Notes: generated by a model not told the origin, from the sequence alone. A DNA stretch of 64,000 nucleotides from Candidatus Moraniibacteriota bacterium (GCA_041583775.1 JBFHFF010000004.1:2428-66427), one strand, 5' to 3'; shown: positions 8,918 to 18,065, counted from the stretch's first letter. Numbers and translations are program-made.

Positions 8918-10738
8918 ATGTGTGGAATTGTAGGTTACATTGGCAAAAATAAAGCTCTACCGATTTTGTTGAATGGGCTAAAAAAACTAGAATATCGTGG
9001 TTATGATTCAGCCGGAGTTGCTGTTTTTGGAGAGAACCCGAAGGTTTTTAAATCACTCGGAAAAATAAAAGAACTTGAAAAAAAAATCGGAGGACAGAAA
9101 ATTGAAGGTACAGTTGGAATTGCTCACACTCGTTGGGCAACACATGGAAAGCCTTCAGAGGTGAATGCGCATCCACACACTGATTGCAAGGGGAAGATTC
9201 AAGTTGTACACAATGGAATCATTGAGAATTATGTTGAATTGAAAGAAAAGCTCAAAAAGAAAGGACATAAATTTCGTTCGCAAACTGACAGCGAAGTAAT
9301 CCCTCATTTGATTGAGGATTTATACAAGGGAGATTTGACTGAAACATTCAAAGAAGTTTTGCAAATCATTAAAGGAGCCTATGGAATTGTGGTTTTTTCA
9401 AAAGATGAGCCCGATAAACTTTTAGTAGCACGACATGGAAGTCCACTTGTGATTGGAATTGGGAGAAGTGAAACAGTCATTGCTTCTGATGTCTGCGCAA
9501 TTTTGCAATACACCAAAAAAGTTATCTATCTTGAAGATGGGGAAATGGCAGAAATTGGGCGTGATGATTTCAGAGTCTTTGATGCGAGTTTGAATTTGAT
9601 AAAAAAGAACATTGAAAATGTGGAATGGGAAATTGAAGAATCTTCTAAGAAGGGCTTTGAACACTATATGTTGAAAGAAATCTTTGAACAGCCAAAATCT
9701 TTACAAGATTCCTTTGGGGGAAGAATTTCTTTAGATAATGGAACTGCAAGATTAGGAGGATTGACCGAAGTTGCTGATAGAATGCGTGGAATTGAGAGAA
9801 TAATAATTGTGGCTTGTGGAACAGCTTGGCATGCTGGGCTTGTCGGTGAATATATGTTGGAGGAATATGCTGGAATTCCAGTTGAAGTCGAGTGGGCGAG
9901 TGAATTTCGCTATCGCAATCCAATTTTGGATGACAAAACCACAGTGATTGCAATCAGCCAATCTGGAGAAACAGCCGACACTCTCGCAGGGATTCGAGAA
10001 GCAAAAAATAAAGGCGCTTTGGTTCTGGGAATTGTGAATTCGGTTGGCTCGACAATTGCCAGAGAAACAGATGCCGGGATATATAATCATATTGGGCCAG
10101 AAATTTCAGTTGCATCGACAAAAGCTTTTACTTCTCAAGTTGCTATCTTAGCTCTTATAACTGTTTTTCTTGGACGACAACGGCGTATGTCTCTTGTAAT
10201 GGGAAAAAGGATCTTGGAAGAACTTTCACTATTGCCAGAGAAGATTGAGGAATTTCTGAAGGATAATGACATCGAAAGAATTGCGAAGAAATATCACAAA
10301 GCTAAAAACTTTGCATTTTTAGGGAGAAAATATTGTCAGCCACTTGCGTTTGAAGGCGCTTTGAAGTTGAAAGAAATTTCCTATATTCACGCAGAAGGAT
10401 TTGCGTCTGGTGAAATGAAACACGGATCAATTGCCCTAATTGATAAAGATTTCCCTTCCTTTTTTATCGCTCCAAAAGACAGTGTTTATGATAAAAATGT
10501 GAGTAATATAGAAGAAATTAAATCTCGAGGAGGAAGTATAATTGCTATTACCACAAAGGGCAATAAACTACTTGAAAAAACAATAGATGATGTTATTTAT
10601 ATCCCTAAAACATTGGAAATGTTGACACCAATTTTAGCGACAATACCATTGCAACTTTTTGCATATTATGTAGCAAGAATGAAGGGTTTAGATGTTGATA
10701 AGCCAAGAAATCTTGCCAAGAGTGTCACAGTAGAGTAG
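8918..10738 (+). CDS. glmS: glutamine--fructose-6-phosphate aminotransferase (GlmS)
   Basis: N-terminal MCGIVGY (Ntn Cys1), glutaminase domain, two SIS domains (SQSGETADTL, AEGFASGEMKHG), C-terminal KPRNLAKSVTVE. 606 aa. Confidence 0.92.
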   Translation: MCGIVGYIGKNKALPILLNGLKKLEYRGYDSAGVAVFGENPKVFKSLGKIKELEKKIGGQKIEGTVGIAHTRWATHGKPSEVNAHPHTDCKGKIQVVHNGIIENYVELKEKLKKKGHKFRSQTDSEVIPHLIEDLYKGDLTETFKEVLQIIKGAYGIVVFSKDEPDKLLVARHGSPLVIGIGRSETVIASDVCAILQYTKKVIYLEDGEMAEIGRDDFRVFDASLNLIKKNIENVEWEIEESSKKGFEHYMLKEIFEQPKSLQDSFGGRISLDNGTARLGGLTEVADRMRGIERIIIVACGTAWHAGLVGEYMLEEYAGIPVEVEWASEFRYRNPILDDKTTVIAISQSGETADTLAGIREAKNKGALVLGIVNSVGSTIARETDAGIYNHIGPEISVASTKAFTSQVAILALITVFLGRQRRMSLVMGKRILEELSLLPEKIEEFLKDNDIERIAKKYHKAKNFAFLGRKYCQPLAFEGALKLKEISYIHAEGFASGEMKHGSIALIDKDFPSFFIAPKDSVYDKNVSNIEEIKSRGGSIIAITTKGNKLLEKTIDDVIYIPKTLEMLTPILATIPLQLFAYYVARMKGLDVDKPRNLAKSVTVE

Positions 10739-10874
10739 CGATTTGAGTCTATTGAAAAAAAGAAGCGGTAATGTTAATATACAGTACCGTTCTTTTTATT
10801 AATAAAAGTGATGTAGAAATCTTCAAGGAAAACACTCCTTGAACAGAAGAAAAACGCTGGGAGGCGGATAAAAA

Positions 10875-11867
10875 ATGGTAGATATGAGTTTTTTGCCTGA
10901 AGAAGTTAGGGCCACAGAAGTAATTGGAAAACTTGAAGATGCTGGTTTCAAGCATATTCATACAGGAAAGACAACAGAAGTTTTTGCTCATCCTCTTGAG
11001 CTAGATTTGCTTGTTTTGTATTCGACAGACAGGTGTGTCGTTGATGGCATTGTTCTGGGAGAGTTTCTTCAGGGGAGAGGGCTTTTCAATACGGCCTTGA
11101 ATATTTATTGGCTGAAAAGGATCTTCCATGATTGGAAGAATCATTTTGTTGCTTCTGGTTCTGCGATTAGAAGAATTTTTCCTAGTTTTCCAAGCGACGA
11201 TGAAATGCTGGGAAGATGCTTGGTTGTTAGAAGAGTGGAGATGCCCAGAATTAGGGTAGTCGTTCACGGTAACTTTGTTGGAAATTCCTTTGACGCATAC
11301 AAAGATGGTTTTTGGCAAAGACTTGGATATAATCTCCCGAGTAATTTAAAGGAGGGTGCTAAGTTAAGCAGGAATATTTTTGTTCCATTAATTAAATCTT
11401 CAGAGGGGGTTTATAAAGAAGCTTCTTTTGAGGCGATGGTTATTTCTTTAGGTGGTCTTCGCACCATTGCTATGCAAATAAAAAAACTTAGCCTTGGTAT
11501 TTTCAAAAGAGCAAATGATATCACTCGAACCAGAAATGTTTTGATCGCCAATGCAAAATTCGAGTTTGGCGTTTGGTATAACGAAGAGGGGGATTATTGG
11601 GAGTTGTTTTTGACTGGTCAAGTTCTTACTCCAAGAACAGCACTGTTTTTAAGATATAACCCCAAAAAAGAAATTCCCCTAGAGGTTTGCGGAGAGCAGG
11701 CTCTGATTGATTGGGGAGGCCAAGTCAAGCTTAAAGCTGATCCGTCACATTGTCCTCCACGAAAATTTCTTGAGCAAAAAAGCGATTGGTATAGGATTCT
11801 TCTGGAAAGACTTTCTGGTGAGGAAGCAGAAAAATTTTTCCGTTTTGAAATGGGAATAGGGAAATAA
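10875..11867 (+). CDS. divergent SAICAR-synthetase (PurC)-like protein
   Basis: Aligns by eye to the canonical PurC at 38730: DRCVVDGIVLGEFLQGRGLFNTALNIYWL vs [29 protein letters not shown], and LIANAKFEFGVWYNEEGDYWELFLTGQVLTPRTALF vs [31 protein letters not shown]. It is far more diverged than an orthologue would be. Confidence 0.55.
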   Translation: MVDMSFLPEEVRATEVIGKLEDAGFKHIHTGKTTEVFAHPLELDLLVLYSTDRCVVDGIVLGEFLQGRGLFNTALNIYWLKRIFHDWKNHFVASGSAIRRIFPSFPSDDEMLGRCLVVRRVEMPRIRVVVHGNFVGNSFDAYKDGFWQRLGYNLPSNLKEGAKLSRNIFVPLIKSSEGVYKEASFEAMVISLGGLRTIAMQIKKLSLGIFKRANDITRTRNVLIANAKFEFGVWYNEEGDYWELFLTGQVLTPRTALFLRYNPKKEIPLEVCGEQALIDWGGQVKLKADPSHCPPRKFLEQKSDWYRILLERLSGEEAEKFFRFEMGIGK

Positions 11868-11880
11868 TTTTCCGAAAAAG

Positions 11881-11917
11881 TTGCCGCAATCCATTGTGAC
11901 CGTGGCAACTTTTTTAT
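11881..11917 (+). terminator. terminator hairpin after the PurC-like gene
   Basis: agttgccgcaatccattgtgaccgtggcaactttttt. Confidence 0.5.
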
Positions 11918-11918
11918 A

Positions 11919-11960
11919 AAAAAAGACCTTTATTACAAGATTTTGTGACAAAGGTCTTCG
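11919..11960 (-). terminator. terminator hairpin for the - strand gene 11999..13102
   Basis: aagacctttattacaagattttgtgacaaaggtctt: 9-bp stem. The T-run lies on the - strand. Confidence 0.5.
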
Positions 11961-11998
11961 TTGTTAATTTTTTAAGAAAAAAAGAAAATTGCCAGTTT

Positions 11999-13102
11999 TT
12001 ATAAATCAGCAAGAATCGCCGATATTTTTTCGATGGTTTCTTTCACCCCAAGCTTTCCTTGCATTTCTGTGCTCAACAACTCTTCTTTTCGAAGGTGAGA
12101 GAGTATTAAGATGTTCAAAATTTCTTTTGGCACTTCCGTTTCGTGCTCTTTTGTGCTTAACACTAAAGCACAAGGAGCTTCATCAGTTGGGTCAATTGCG
12201 ACAGCAAAAATTTCACAATCCGGAATCGGGTTTTTATTGAAATGTTTTTCAAGAAATGCAATGTGATCGAGAATTTTAGATTCCGATTTTTCAAGTTCCA
12301 TTAAGGACCACACAAGAGAGCTTTCCAGAGTTGCAACCTCATCAGAAATTCTTTTCAAATCTTGTTGCAGGCGAAGTATTATTGCGCCATCCCTTGGATC
12401 AATGAGTTTTTTTTCAACACCACTCTCGTCACCCTCGTCGCTGAAAGAAATGAAATAATTTTCATCATCTTCTTTTGTGACGAGGAGATACTCATAGGGT
12501 TCTTGTTCATCATGAACAATGAATTCTGGGCAGCTACAAAATAGATAATAGCCCAATGTTTTCTGGAGAGTTTCTTCTTTGTTGATCACCTCCTCTTGTT
12601 CTTTAGATACTGCATCAATCTCTTCTTCAAAGAATTCCTTTTTTTGTTTAAGAATAACGACTTCTTCAATGGCCTGCCCAACAGCAGAATTTTTAAATCC
12701 CTTGATTATTTGAGGAAAAGATCCTCGATATAAGGAACTCACATTTCCGTTTCCGCTGATTTTCAGGCTATGGGCAATCGCAGTGACACATAAAAGCATT
12801 GGGTCCAAAATGAATACTTTGTCGGGGGTCATAGAACTAATTGCTCTTATGTTTTTTGTAATTTCTTCCGGCAACAGCCTTTCAGAAACTGTTCTGTGAA
12901 ACCCTGGCTTTTTTTCTAACCAGTCGTCGGCACTGTTCAGAAAAAGAATTGCGCCTATATCTTTTGGCTGGTTTGAAAACTCTTTTTCTGAAAAGTCAAA
13001 AAAATCTCTCAGAATTTCTAATAAATCAACTTCTGTTTCTGGTTGATTATAAAAAAATTTTTTCATTTCCCTTTTCTCCTTTTTATAAAGAACTTCGTTC
13101 AT
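11999..13102 (-). CDS. hypothetical protein (367 aa, acidic), no recognisable domain
   Basis: Long ORF with a bidirectional terminator pair downstream. No motif recognised. Confidence 0.5.
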   Translation of the reverse strand: MNEVLYKKEKREMKKFFYNQPETEVDLLEILRDFFDFSEKEFSNQPKDIGAILFLNSADDWLEKKPGFHRTVSERLLPEEITKNIRAISSMTPDKVFILDPMLLCVTAIAHSLKISGNGNVSSLYRGSFPQIIKGFKNSAVGQAIEEVVILKQKKEFFEEEIDAVSKEQEEVINKEETLQKTLGYYLFCSCPEFIVHDEQEPYEYLLVTKEDDENYFISFSDEGDESGVEKKLIDPRDGAIILRLQQDLKRISDEVATLESSLVWSLMELEKSESKILDHIAFLEKHFNKNPIPDCEIFAVAIDPTDEAPCALVLSTKEHETEVPKEILNILILSHLRKEELLSTEMQGKLGVKETIEKISAILADL

Positions 13103-13266
13103 TGCATCATTGCAAAAGACCGAATAACAATAGCATTGTGGAATTTTTTTGTAAATATTTTAAAGTTTTTTAAAATAAAAAAACGAAAAACAGTAAAGTC
13201 AATCGTTTATAAAATTGTGGTGGGGTGGCCTTGGTTGAGCCACCCCAATGAAATGCAAGATCCAGA

Positions 13267-13374
13267 TCACCCCCTTTTAGCGTAGGTAATAAGCATTTTT
13301 TGGTGGAAAGTGAGTAAATGATTTCTCACTCTATTTTCAACATATACTCTTTTGAGCCGTTCTGTTCTTGTCAT
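13267..13374 (-). CDS. candidate small ORF (35 aa, basic: MTRTERLKRVYVENRVRNHLLTFHQKMLITYAKRG)
   Basis: Preceded by GGAGGT (short 3-4 nt spacing). Followed on the - strand by hairpin GGGGTGGCTCAACCAAGGCCACCCC and a U-rich tract. Not in the ORF track because it is under 60 aa. Confidence 0.3.
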   Translation of the reverse strand: MTRTERLKRVYVENRVRNHLLTFHQKMLITYAKRG

Positions 13375-13536
13375 AGTACCTCCGCTTTTGCTGAAGTTAA
13401 TCTTTTTTAACCCTCTTGTTTTAGGGGTCAATGCCTAACTAGAGTCTATCCTCTGATTTTAAATAAAGCAAATTAAGGAATGAATGGGAAATAGAAAGGT
13501 CGCATTCTCGAAGTTTTGAGAATGCGACCCTTGTTT

Positions 13537-13914
13537 TCATTGGAGTGTGTTGTTTGTTGGCAATTTCTTGCTTACCATCGAAATCAATTGATCAACGCCA
13601 AAAAGATATTCGATTACACACCTATGGAGGAAACAGTTTAGTAAATTTATTTTTTCATCTGATATGTTGGCTCTCTTTGTGCGACAATTGTCGCACAGGT
13701 CGTAGAGCGCAACACTTAAACAGATGTTTACTATGTCTTTTGAAATTGCCAAACGCAACTCCAGTAAAAAATTTTTTGCACCAACGAGATGCTTTATTTG
13801 ATAAGATGGGTCAAAGAAATGACTCGTGTCGCAACCTTCTTGTAAGATTGCGTTCAGTTTTTCTGTGATGAAAAAATCGAAATCCGCCAAAGATTCGCTT
13901 GGATAATTCATCAT
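13537..13914 (-). CDS. hypothetical protein (125 aa)
   Basis: ORF only. Hairpin aggtcgcattctcgaagttttgagaatgcgaccc lies at its 3' side (13497..13531). Confidence 0.4.
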   Translation of the reverse strand: MMNYPSESLADFDFFITEKLNAILQEGCDTSHFFDPSYQIKHLVGAKNFLLELRLAISKDIVNICLSVALYDLCDNCRTKRANISDEKINLLNCFLHRCVIEYLFGVDQLISMVSKKLPTNNTLQ

Positions 13915-14194
13915 AGTCTCTCCTCCTAGAAAGATTAAAATAATAAAATAATAAAGAACAGTATTATAATATTTACTATTGTATTATACAACAAAATAAT
14001 ATTTTTGTAAATAGTGACTTGTTTGTTAAATGAATTTTTAATTTATACTAAAAATAAAAAATGATCGGAGTATCCATTTGTTGAAACTTGGAAAGGCTTG
14101 ATATTAATAGTAAAATATGTCAAGATGCAGTGTTCTCAATTTCGGGAATAGTAATTGGTATTTTCAAAAAAGAAGATTAAAAAGGAGGATTGGA

Positions 14195-14635
14195 ATGTGG
14201 GAAAGAATTAAATTCATAGAAGCAACCCAATGGCTTTTATTGACAGATGAAAAGTCTAAATGGCTTTTATTGTCGAAATCGGATAAGGCCAAAGCTTCTA
14301 TGCAAGAAATAAAAATACTTGCATATGAATTGGTGAACACTTTTTTGTTGGAGGAAATCCCTCCTCCCGAAGGAGCTCTTGATAAAAAAAGAAGGAATGA
14401 GCTGGCTTTTTATGCTTTGGATCCAGAAAAACAACTGGAGATAGCTTTCCGCGTGGAAAATGACGGAGTCCATCTGTCTGAAGAGCGACAAAATCAAGTC
14501 GCATTTGAGATTTTAAAAGAAACTCTTTTAGCTGAGGCCAAGGTTTTGGCGGAAAAAATTTCCATTTCCACTGATAATGCGAAAGACTTCATCGCCAAGA
14601 AGATACTTTTATCTTTAGACGCGATGAAGTGGTGA
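14195..14635 (+). CDS. hypothetical protein 'A' (MWERIKF..., 146 aa), distant paralog of 16757..17206
   Basis: Strong RBS aaaggagg 5 nt before ATG 14195. The ORF-track start at 14117 is probably too early. Shares the MWER N-terminus and an xLxAYELxxxF segment with gene B. Confidence 0.55.
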   Translation: MWERIKFIEATQWLLLTDEKSKWLLLSKSDKAKASMQEIKILAYELVNTFLLEEIPPPEGALDKKRRNELAFYALDPEKQLEIAFRVENDGVHLSEERQNQVAFEILKETLLAEAKVLAEKISISTDNAKDFIAKKILLSLDAMKW

Positions 14636-14646
14636 AAAAATCACCA

Positions 14647-14690
14647 CAAAAACGACAAATCCAAAACATCGGATTTTGTCGTTTTTATTT
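14647..14690 (+). terminator. Rho-independent terminator T1 (identical copy at 17229..17270)
   Basis: caaaaacgacaaatccaaaacatcggattttgtcgttttt: 12-bp stem plus T-run. Confidence 0.7.
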
Positions 14691-14778
14691 TGCGGAAAAA
14701 AATGACTTTGCAGATATAAAAAAGGTTCAGTGATAAATGGTCCTTGAGCCTTTTTTATATCTTCTTTGTATTCCTACG

Positions 14779-14825
14779 ATAAAGCCTCAAATTCAAAACT
14801 AGACTTAAGATTTTAATGGTAGGGC
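14779..14825. repeat. about 47-bp direct repeat R (imperfect copy at 16319..16366) flanking gene X
   Basis: gataaagcctcaaattcaaaactagacttaagattttaatggtaggg vs aataaaacctcaaattcaaaattaagtttgagattttaatagtaggg, about 85% identity. Confidence 0.65.
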
Positions 14826-14855
14826 AGAACTCATTAGTTTTTAATGAGTTCTGCC
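14823..14855 (-). terminator. perfect 14-bp hairpin immediately 3' of gene X (bidirectional terminator)
   Basis: ggcagaactcattagtttttaatgagttctgcc. Confidence 0.6.
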
Positions 14856-14861
14856 GGATGA

Positions 14862-16235
14862 TTATTTTTTTTTGTTCCAAGGAACTCGTCCAAATCCTTG
14901 GCTAGGATCAGAACCGTTTTTCAAAAAAACGATCCCATTTTTTTCCCTCCATATCATTTGTTGCGATATGGGAAGCATTCCTTGAATGCTTCGTTTGACT
15001 TTTATTGCCAAATTATTGGCCAAAAGGATGTTGTCAGGAACATTTTCTAGTTCCTGTGTGGGCGTTCTTTCACATTCTAGACGGATGTTTTTTATCGCCC
15101 ACTCTGGTAGATGGGGAGTTTCTTTGGCTGGCGAGCCATTTCCCCTCCATGAGGAAATCTTTTCATTGGTAATTCCCCCAGAATTACCATCTTTTTCCCA
15201 GGTTTTTTCCCACCAGACACTTTGGCCTTTGGGGAGGATAATTACATCTTCATCCCCTCTTTGATTTGTGAGAAAAAAACCAAACTTTTTTTCATTTGAA
15301 ATTATACTGACGATTTCGTCAGTCAATTTCCTCCGAAGAATACTGACCGGATGATGAAACATCGCTTGGTCAAAAATCTCCGGATCAATTCCCTCCTCCA
15401 AGGTGTAGTATGGTTTTGCTGACTTGGTCAGCGTTTTTACATGTTGCGGTAGAAGCTTACCTTCTGCAGCAAGCTTCAAAAGCTCCAATCGACGATTTTT
15501 AAAATCTTCGATGGTGAGATTTTTATCCCACCAAGGATCTTTCAACTTGCCCTCATAGCCAATCATCCTCCACAAATCCATTTCAACGCTGATTTGCAGG
15601 AGGACATATTCCAAGTCTGCCCCTTCTGCAATGTATACCTGTTTAATTTGGCGTTCATTGCTCCAGTTTACGGCAAAACTTCCACCAGTTACCAATACCT
15701 CATCTGCCCTAATTGGACAGTTTTGGTGATATTGATTCGAGTGGTAACCCACCCTTGGTGACTCACTTATGATACTTTCTTGGCCGTCAGTGGTAATATA
15801 CCACCAATTTCCTCCCCTGTAAGTTGAGTGTGAGCAGTTACTCCCTCGTTGATACATCTTGTGATGTATCTCCTTCACATAGTCCACTCTTACGAGTGGA
15901 TCTATTGACATGACGAATTTTTCCAATTTGTTATTACCTGCTGACTTTGTCCAACAGTCAGCGGTTCCGGTTGTGTTCTTAAAAAACATATTCTTTCCCG
16001 CGTTTTTTTCAATATCGAAATGCCATATTTCATGTCTCCGAGCACCTGAAGTGCTGGTGACATGAAGGACGCCCTTAGATGTCCAACCATACCAGGTGTG
16101 TGATATGTTTATTTGATTATTTTTTGTTCCAGCTTTTACGCTTGAAACTACTTGCTCAAATCTTGTGTTTGAAATCATTTTAACATCCTCCACTCCGAAC
16201 CCTGGAGTTAGGGGGCGGGAAATCCGCTTTGTCAT
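14862..16235 (-). CDS. orphan Trp-rich hypothetical protein 'X' (457 aa), no recognisable domain
   Basis: Long uninterrupted ORF. No SD. Sits between repeats R/R' on the strand opposite its neighbours. Composition is rich in W, N, K, G. Confidence 0.5.
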   Translation of the reverse strand: MTKRISRPLTPGFGVEDVKMISNTRFEQVVSSVKAGTKNNQINISHTWYGWTSKGVLHVTSTSGARRHEIWHFDIEKNAGKNMFFKNTTGTADCWTKSAGNNKLEKFVMSIDPLVRVDYVKEIHHKMYQRGSNCSHSTYRGGNWWYITTDGQESIISESPRVGYHSNQYHQNCPIRADEVLVTGGSFAVNWSNERQIKQVYIAEGADLEYVLLQISVEMDLWRMIGYEGKLKDPWWDKNLTIEDFKNRRLELLKLAAEGKLLPQHVKTLTKSAKPYYTLEEGIDPEIFDQAMFHHPVSILRRKLTDEIVSIISNEKKFGFFLTNQRGDEDVIILPKGQSVWWEKTWEKDGNSGGITNEKISSWRGNGSPAKETPHLPEWAIKNIRLECERTPTQELENVPDNILLANNLAIKVKRSIQGMLPISQQMIWREKNGIVFLKNGSDPSQGFGRVPWNKKK

Positions 16236-16495
16236 TTTTCCATTACTTCACCAATTCCAGATTCTTTCTCAAAAATCCAAAAGCAGTGAAGTAAATTTTT
16301 TTAAAGTACGACTCTACAATAAAACCTCAAATTCAAAATTAAGTTTGAGATTTTAATAGTAGGGGTAAAATATTTTTTTACCTTAACCTATTATCATAAA
16401 AACTATTCTTATAATTTTTTAATATAGCATATTTTGAATTATTTGTCAAGGATTGTAACATTGCAGCGTCAAGTTTACACTTTTCAATTGGGGCT

Positions 16496-16610
16496 AGCTT
16501 TCCGCGTGGAAAATGACGGAGTCCATCTGTCTGAAGAGCGACAAAATCAAGTCGCATTTGAGATTTTAAAAGAAACTCTTTTAGCTGAGGCCAAGGCTTT
16601 GGCGGAAAAA
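16496..16610 (+). pseudogene. about 115-bp near-identical duplicate (1 mismatch) of the 3' part of gene A (14443..14558); gene fragment without start
   Basis: agctttccgcgtggaaaatgacggagtccatctgtctgaagagcgacaaaatcaagtcgcatttgagattttaaaagaaactcttttagctgaggccaagg(t/c)tttggcggaaaaa. The ORF-track entry 16434..16646 is a spurious extension. Confidence 0.7.
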
Positions 16611-16756
16611 TATTTTTTATTCCCCAACATCCTCGATTTTATCTGAACAAGAAAATAACAATAGTACTTGACGAAATGGTTGTATTGTGCCATTGTATAA
16701 AATTCTCAAAGATGGGAATTGGGGACAAAGCCTTCCCTTGGAAATAGGCAAGTTTT

Positions 16757-17206
16757 TTGAAATGGGAGAGAGATATGGATATCACAAGATTTAATGAATT
16801 GGCAGGAAAGCTTTTTTTGGCCGAAAGGGTAGATTTGCCAATGTTTTTGGCTGAAAATAGCAGCTTCTCTGAATGTGAGTATAGAAAATTTTTTGCAGAG
16901 CTCGCAAAGAATATTCAGGGATCGAGATCTGAGAAAGGTCAGATCCCCATTGAAGCAAGAAATTTGATGGCATATGAGCTTTTGTGTCATCAAGGTAATG
17001 AAACATTGCTCAACCAAAAAGTTGTTGAGCTTGATGTAAGAAAGGAAAATGAGCTTTACCAACTAGGATGGGACCTGTTGTTGACGCAAATAGAGGAGAA
17101 AAACCTTTATTTTGCTAGAAAGGTTGGCATTGCCATTTCAGAATCTCGAGCGTTTTGCGTTAGAATGCTCGAGTTTGTTTCTCAGGATACTTCCCTGGAT
17201 ATTTAA
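16757..17206 (+). CDS. hypothetical protein 'B' (MKWERDMD..., 149 aa), paralog of A
   Basis: MKWER N-terminus. Followed by terminator T1' identical to T1. Confidence 0.5.
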   Translation: MKWERDMDITRFNELAGKLFLAERVDLPMFLAENSSFSECEYRKFFAELAKNIQGSRSEKGQIPIEARNLMAYELLCHQGNETLLNQKVVELDVRKENELYQLGWDLLLTQIEEKNLYFARKVGIAISESRAFCVRMLEFVSQDTSLDI

Positions 17207-17228
17207 ATTACCCCAGGGAAGTTTTCCG

Positions 17229-17270
17229 CAAAAACGACAAATCCAAAACATCGGATTTTGTCGTTTTTTA
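17229..17270 (+). terminator. Rho-independent terminator T1' (identical to 14647..14690)
   Basis: caaaaacgacaaatccaaaacatcggattttgtcgtttttt. Confidence 0.7.
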
Positions 17271-17327
17271 TTTCAAAAGAACTTAATAACGGGATACAGA
17301 ACTTTTCTTGTTCCTATGTCAAATTGC

Positions 17328-17356
17328 TTGACAAATCACCTTTGATGTGTTATTCT
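17328..17356 (+). promoter_or_regulatory. sigma70-like promoter TTGACA-17-TATTCT
   Basis: ttgacaaatcacctttgatgtgttattct, 130 nt upstream of ATG 17487. Confidence 0.45.
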
Positions 17357-17398
17357 GCGAAGTTATTAATAGTTCTTTAACAATCCACCTAAAGCTTT

Positions 17399-17455
17399 CA
17401 CTTTCCGATTTTCATCTTTTTCTTTTCTCTAACTTGAGATGAAAATTGGAAAGTG
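17399..17455 (+). promoter_or_regulatory. 19-bp inverted repeat (1 mismatch) in the 5' leader of 17487 gene
   Basis: cactttccgattttcatct ...19 nt... agatgaaaattggaaagtg, ending 15 nt before the RBS aaaaaggagggg. Confidence 0.5.
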
Positions 17456-17486
17456 GAGGGATATCAAATAAAAAAGGAGGGGACAA

Positions 17487-17999
17487 ATGAAAAATCATAT
17501 CACAATGGAAGTAAGAGTAAAGAATATTCCTTTGTGGGGTATGTGGTTTCTTTTGACGGGGTTCATTATAATCGTCCCGTTTGAAAAAATTATGGAGGTA
17601 TATTTTCACATTGAATTCAATGTGGTTATTGCTGAAGCAATTAGGCTTTTGGCGTGGTTCGCTTCTGTTTTAATTTTACTCAAGCGCTGTGAAGTTGTGA
17701 AGTGGCATGAGCTCGCCAATGGCGTTGTTGATTGGAGGCAAGTTCCTATCAAAGGAGGATTTTGTTGTAACGCAGAGGTCCTCATCTATTTTGAGGATGG
17801 GAAAATAAGAAAAATATTAAAGAAACCTCTCTATAAGGAGTTCGGGGAAACTTCTATTGATTTCTATTGTGAAGAAGAATCAGGAGGGGAGTCTTTAAAT
17901 AATAAAGATTTCAGTGAGGAATCCCCTGCGCTTCTTAGTGACGAAGAATTCGGAGAGGAATCTCCTGCATTTATTAGCGAAAAAGAGCCCAGAAATTAG
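17487..17999 (+). CDS. hypothetical membrane protein with acidic repeated C-terminal tail
   Basis: RBS aaaaaggagggg. Two TM helices. Tail repeats SEESPALLSDEEFGEESPAFISEKE. Confidence 0.55.
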   Translation: MKNHITMEVRVKNIPLWGMWFLLTGFIIIVPFEKIMEVYFHIEFNVVIAEAIRLLAWFASVLILLKRCEVVKWHELANGVVDWRQVPIKGGFCCNAEVLIYFEDGKIRKILKKPLYKEFGETSIDFYCEEESGGESLNNKDFSEESPALLSDEEFGEESPAFISEKEPRN

Positions 18000-18024
18000 T
18001 CTTTTATAGGTCTCTTAATCTTAT

Positions 18025-18065
18025 AACGGTCCAATGCAAATTCGCATTGGACCGTTCTCTTTTTG
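18025..18065 (+). terminator. Rho-independent terminator (13-bp perfect stem)
   Basis: aacggtccaatgcaaattcgcattggaccgttctctttttg. Confidence 0.75.

Noticed and set aside
16434-16646. ORF-track 70-aa CDS
   Set aside because: It is a spurious start fused to a 115-bp duplicated fragment of gene A. Annotated as a pseudogene fragment instead.
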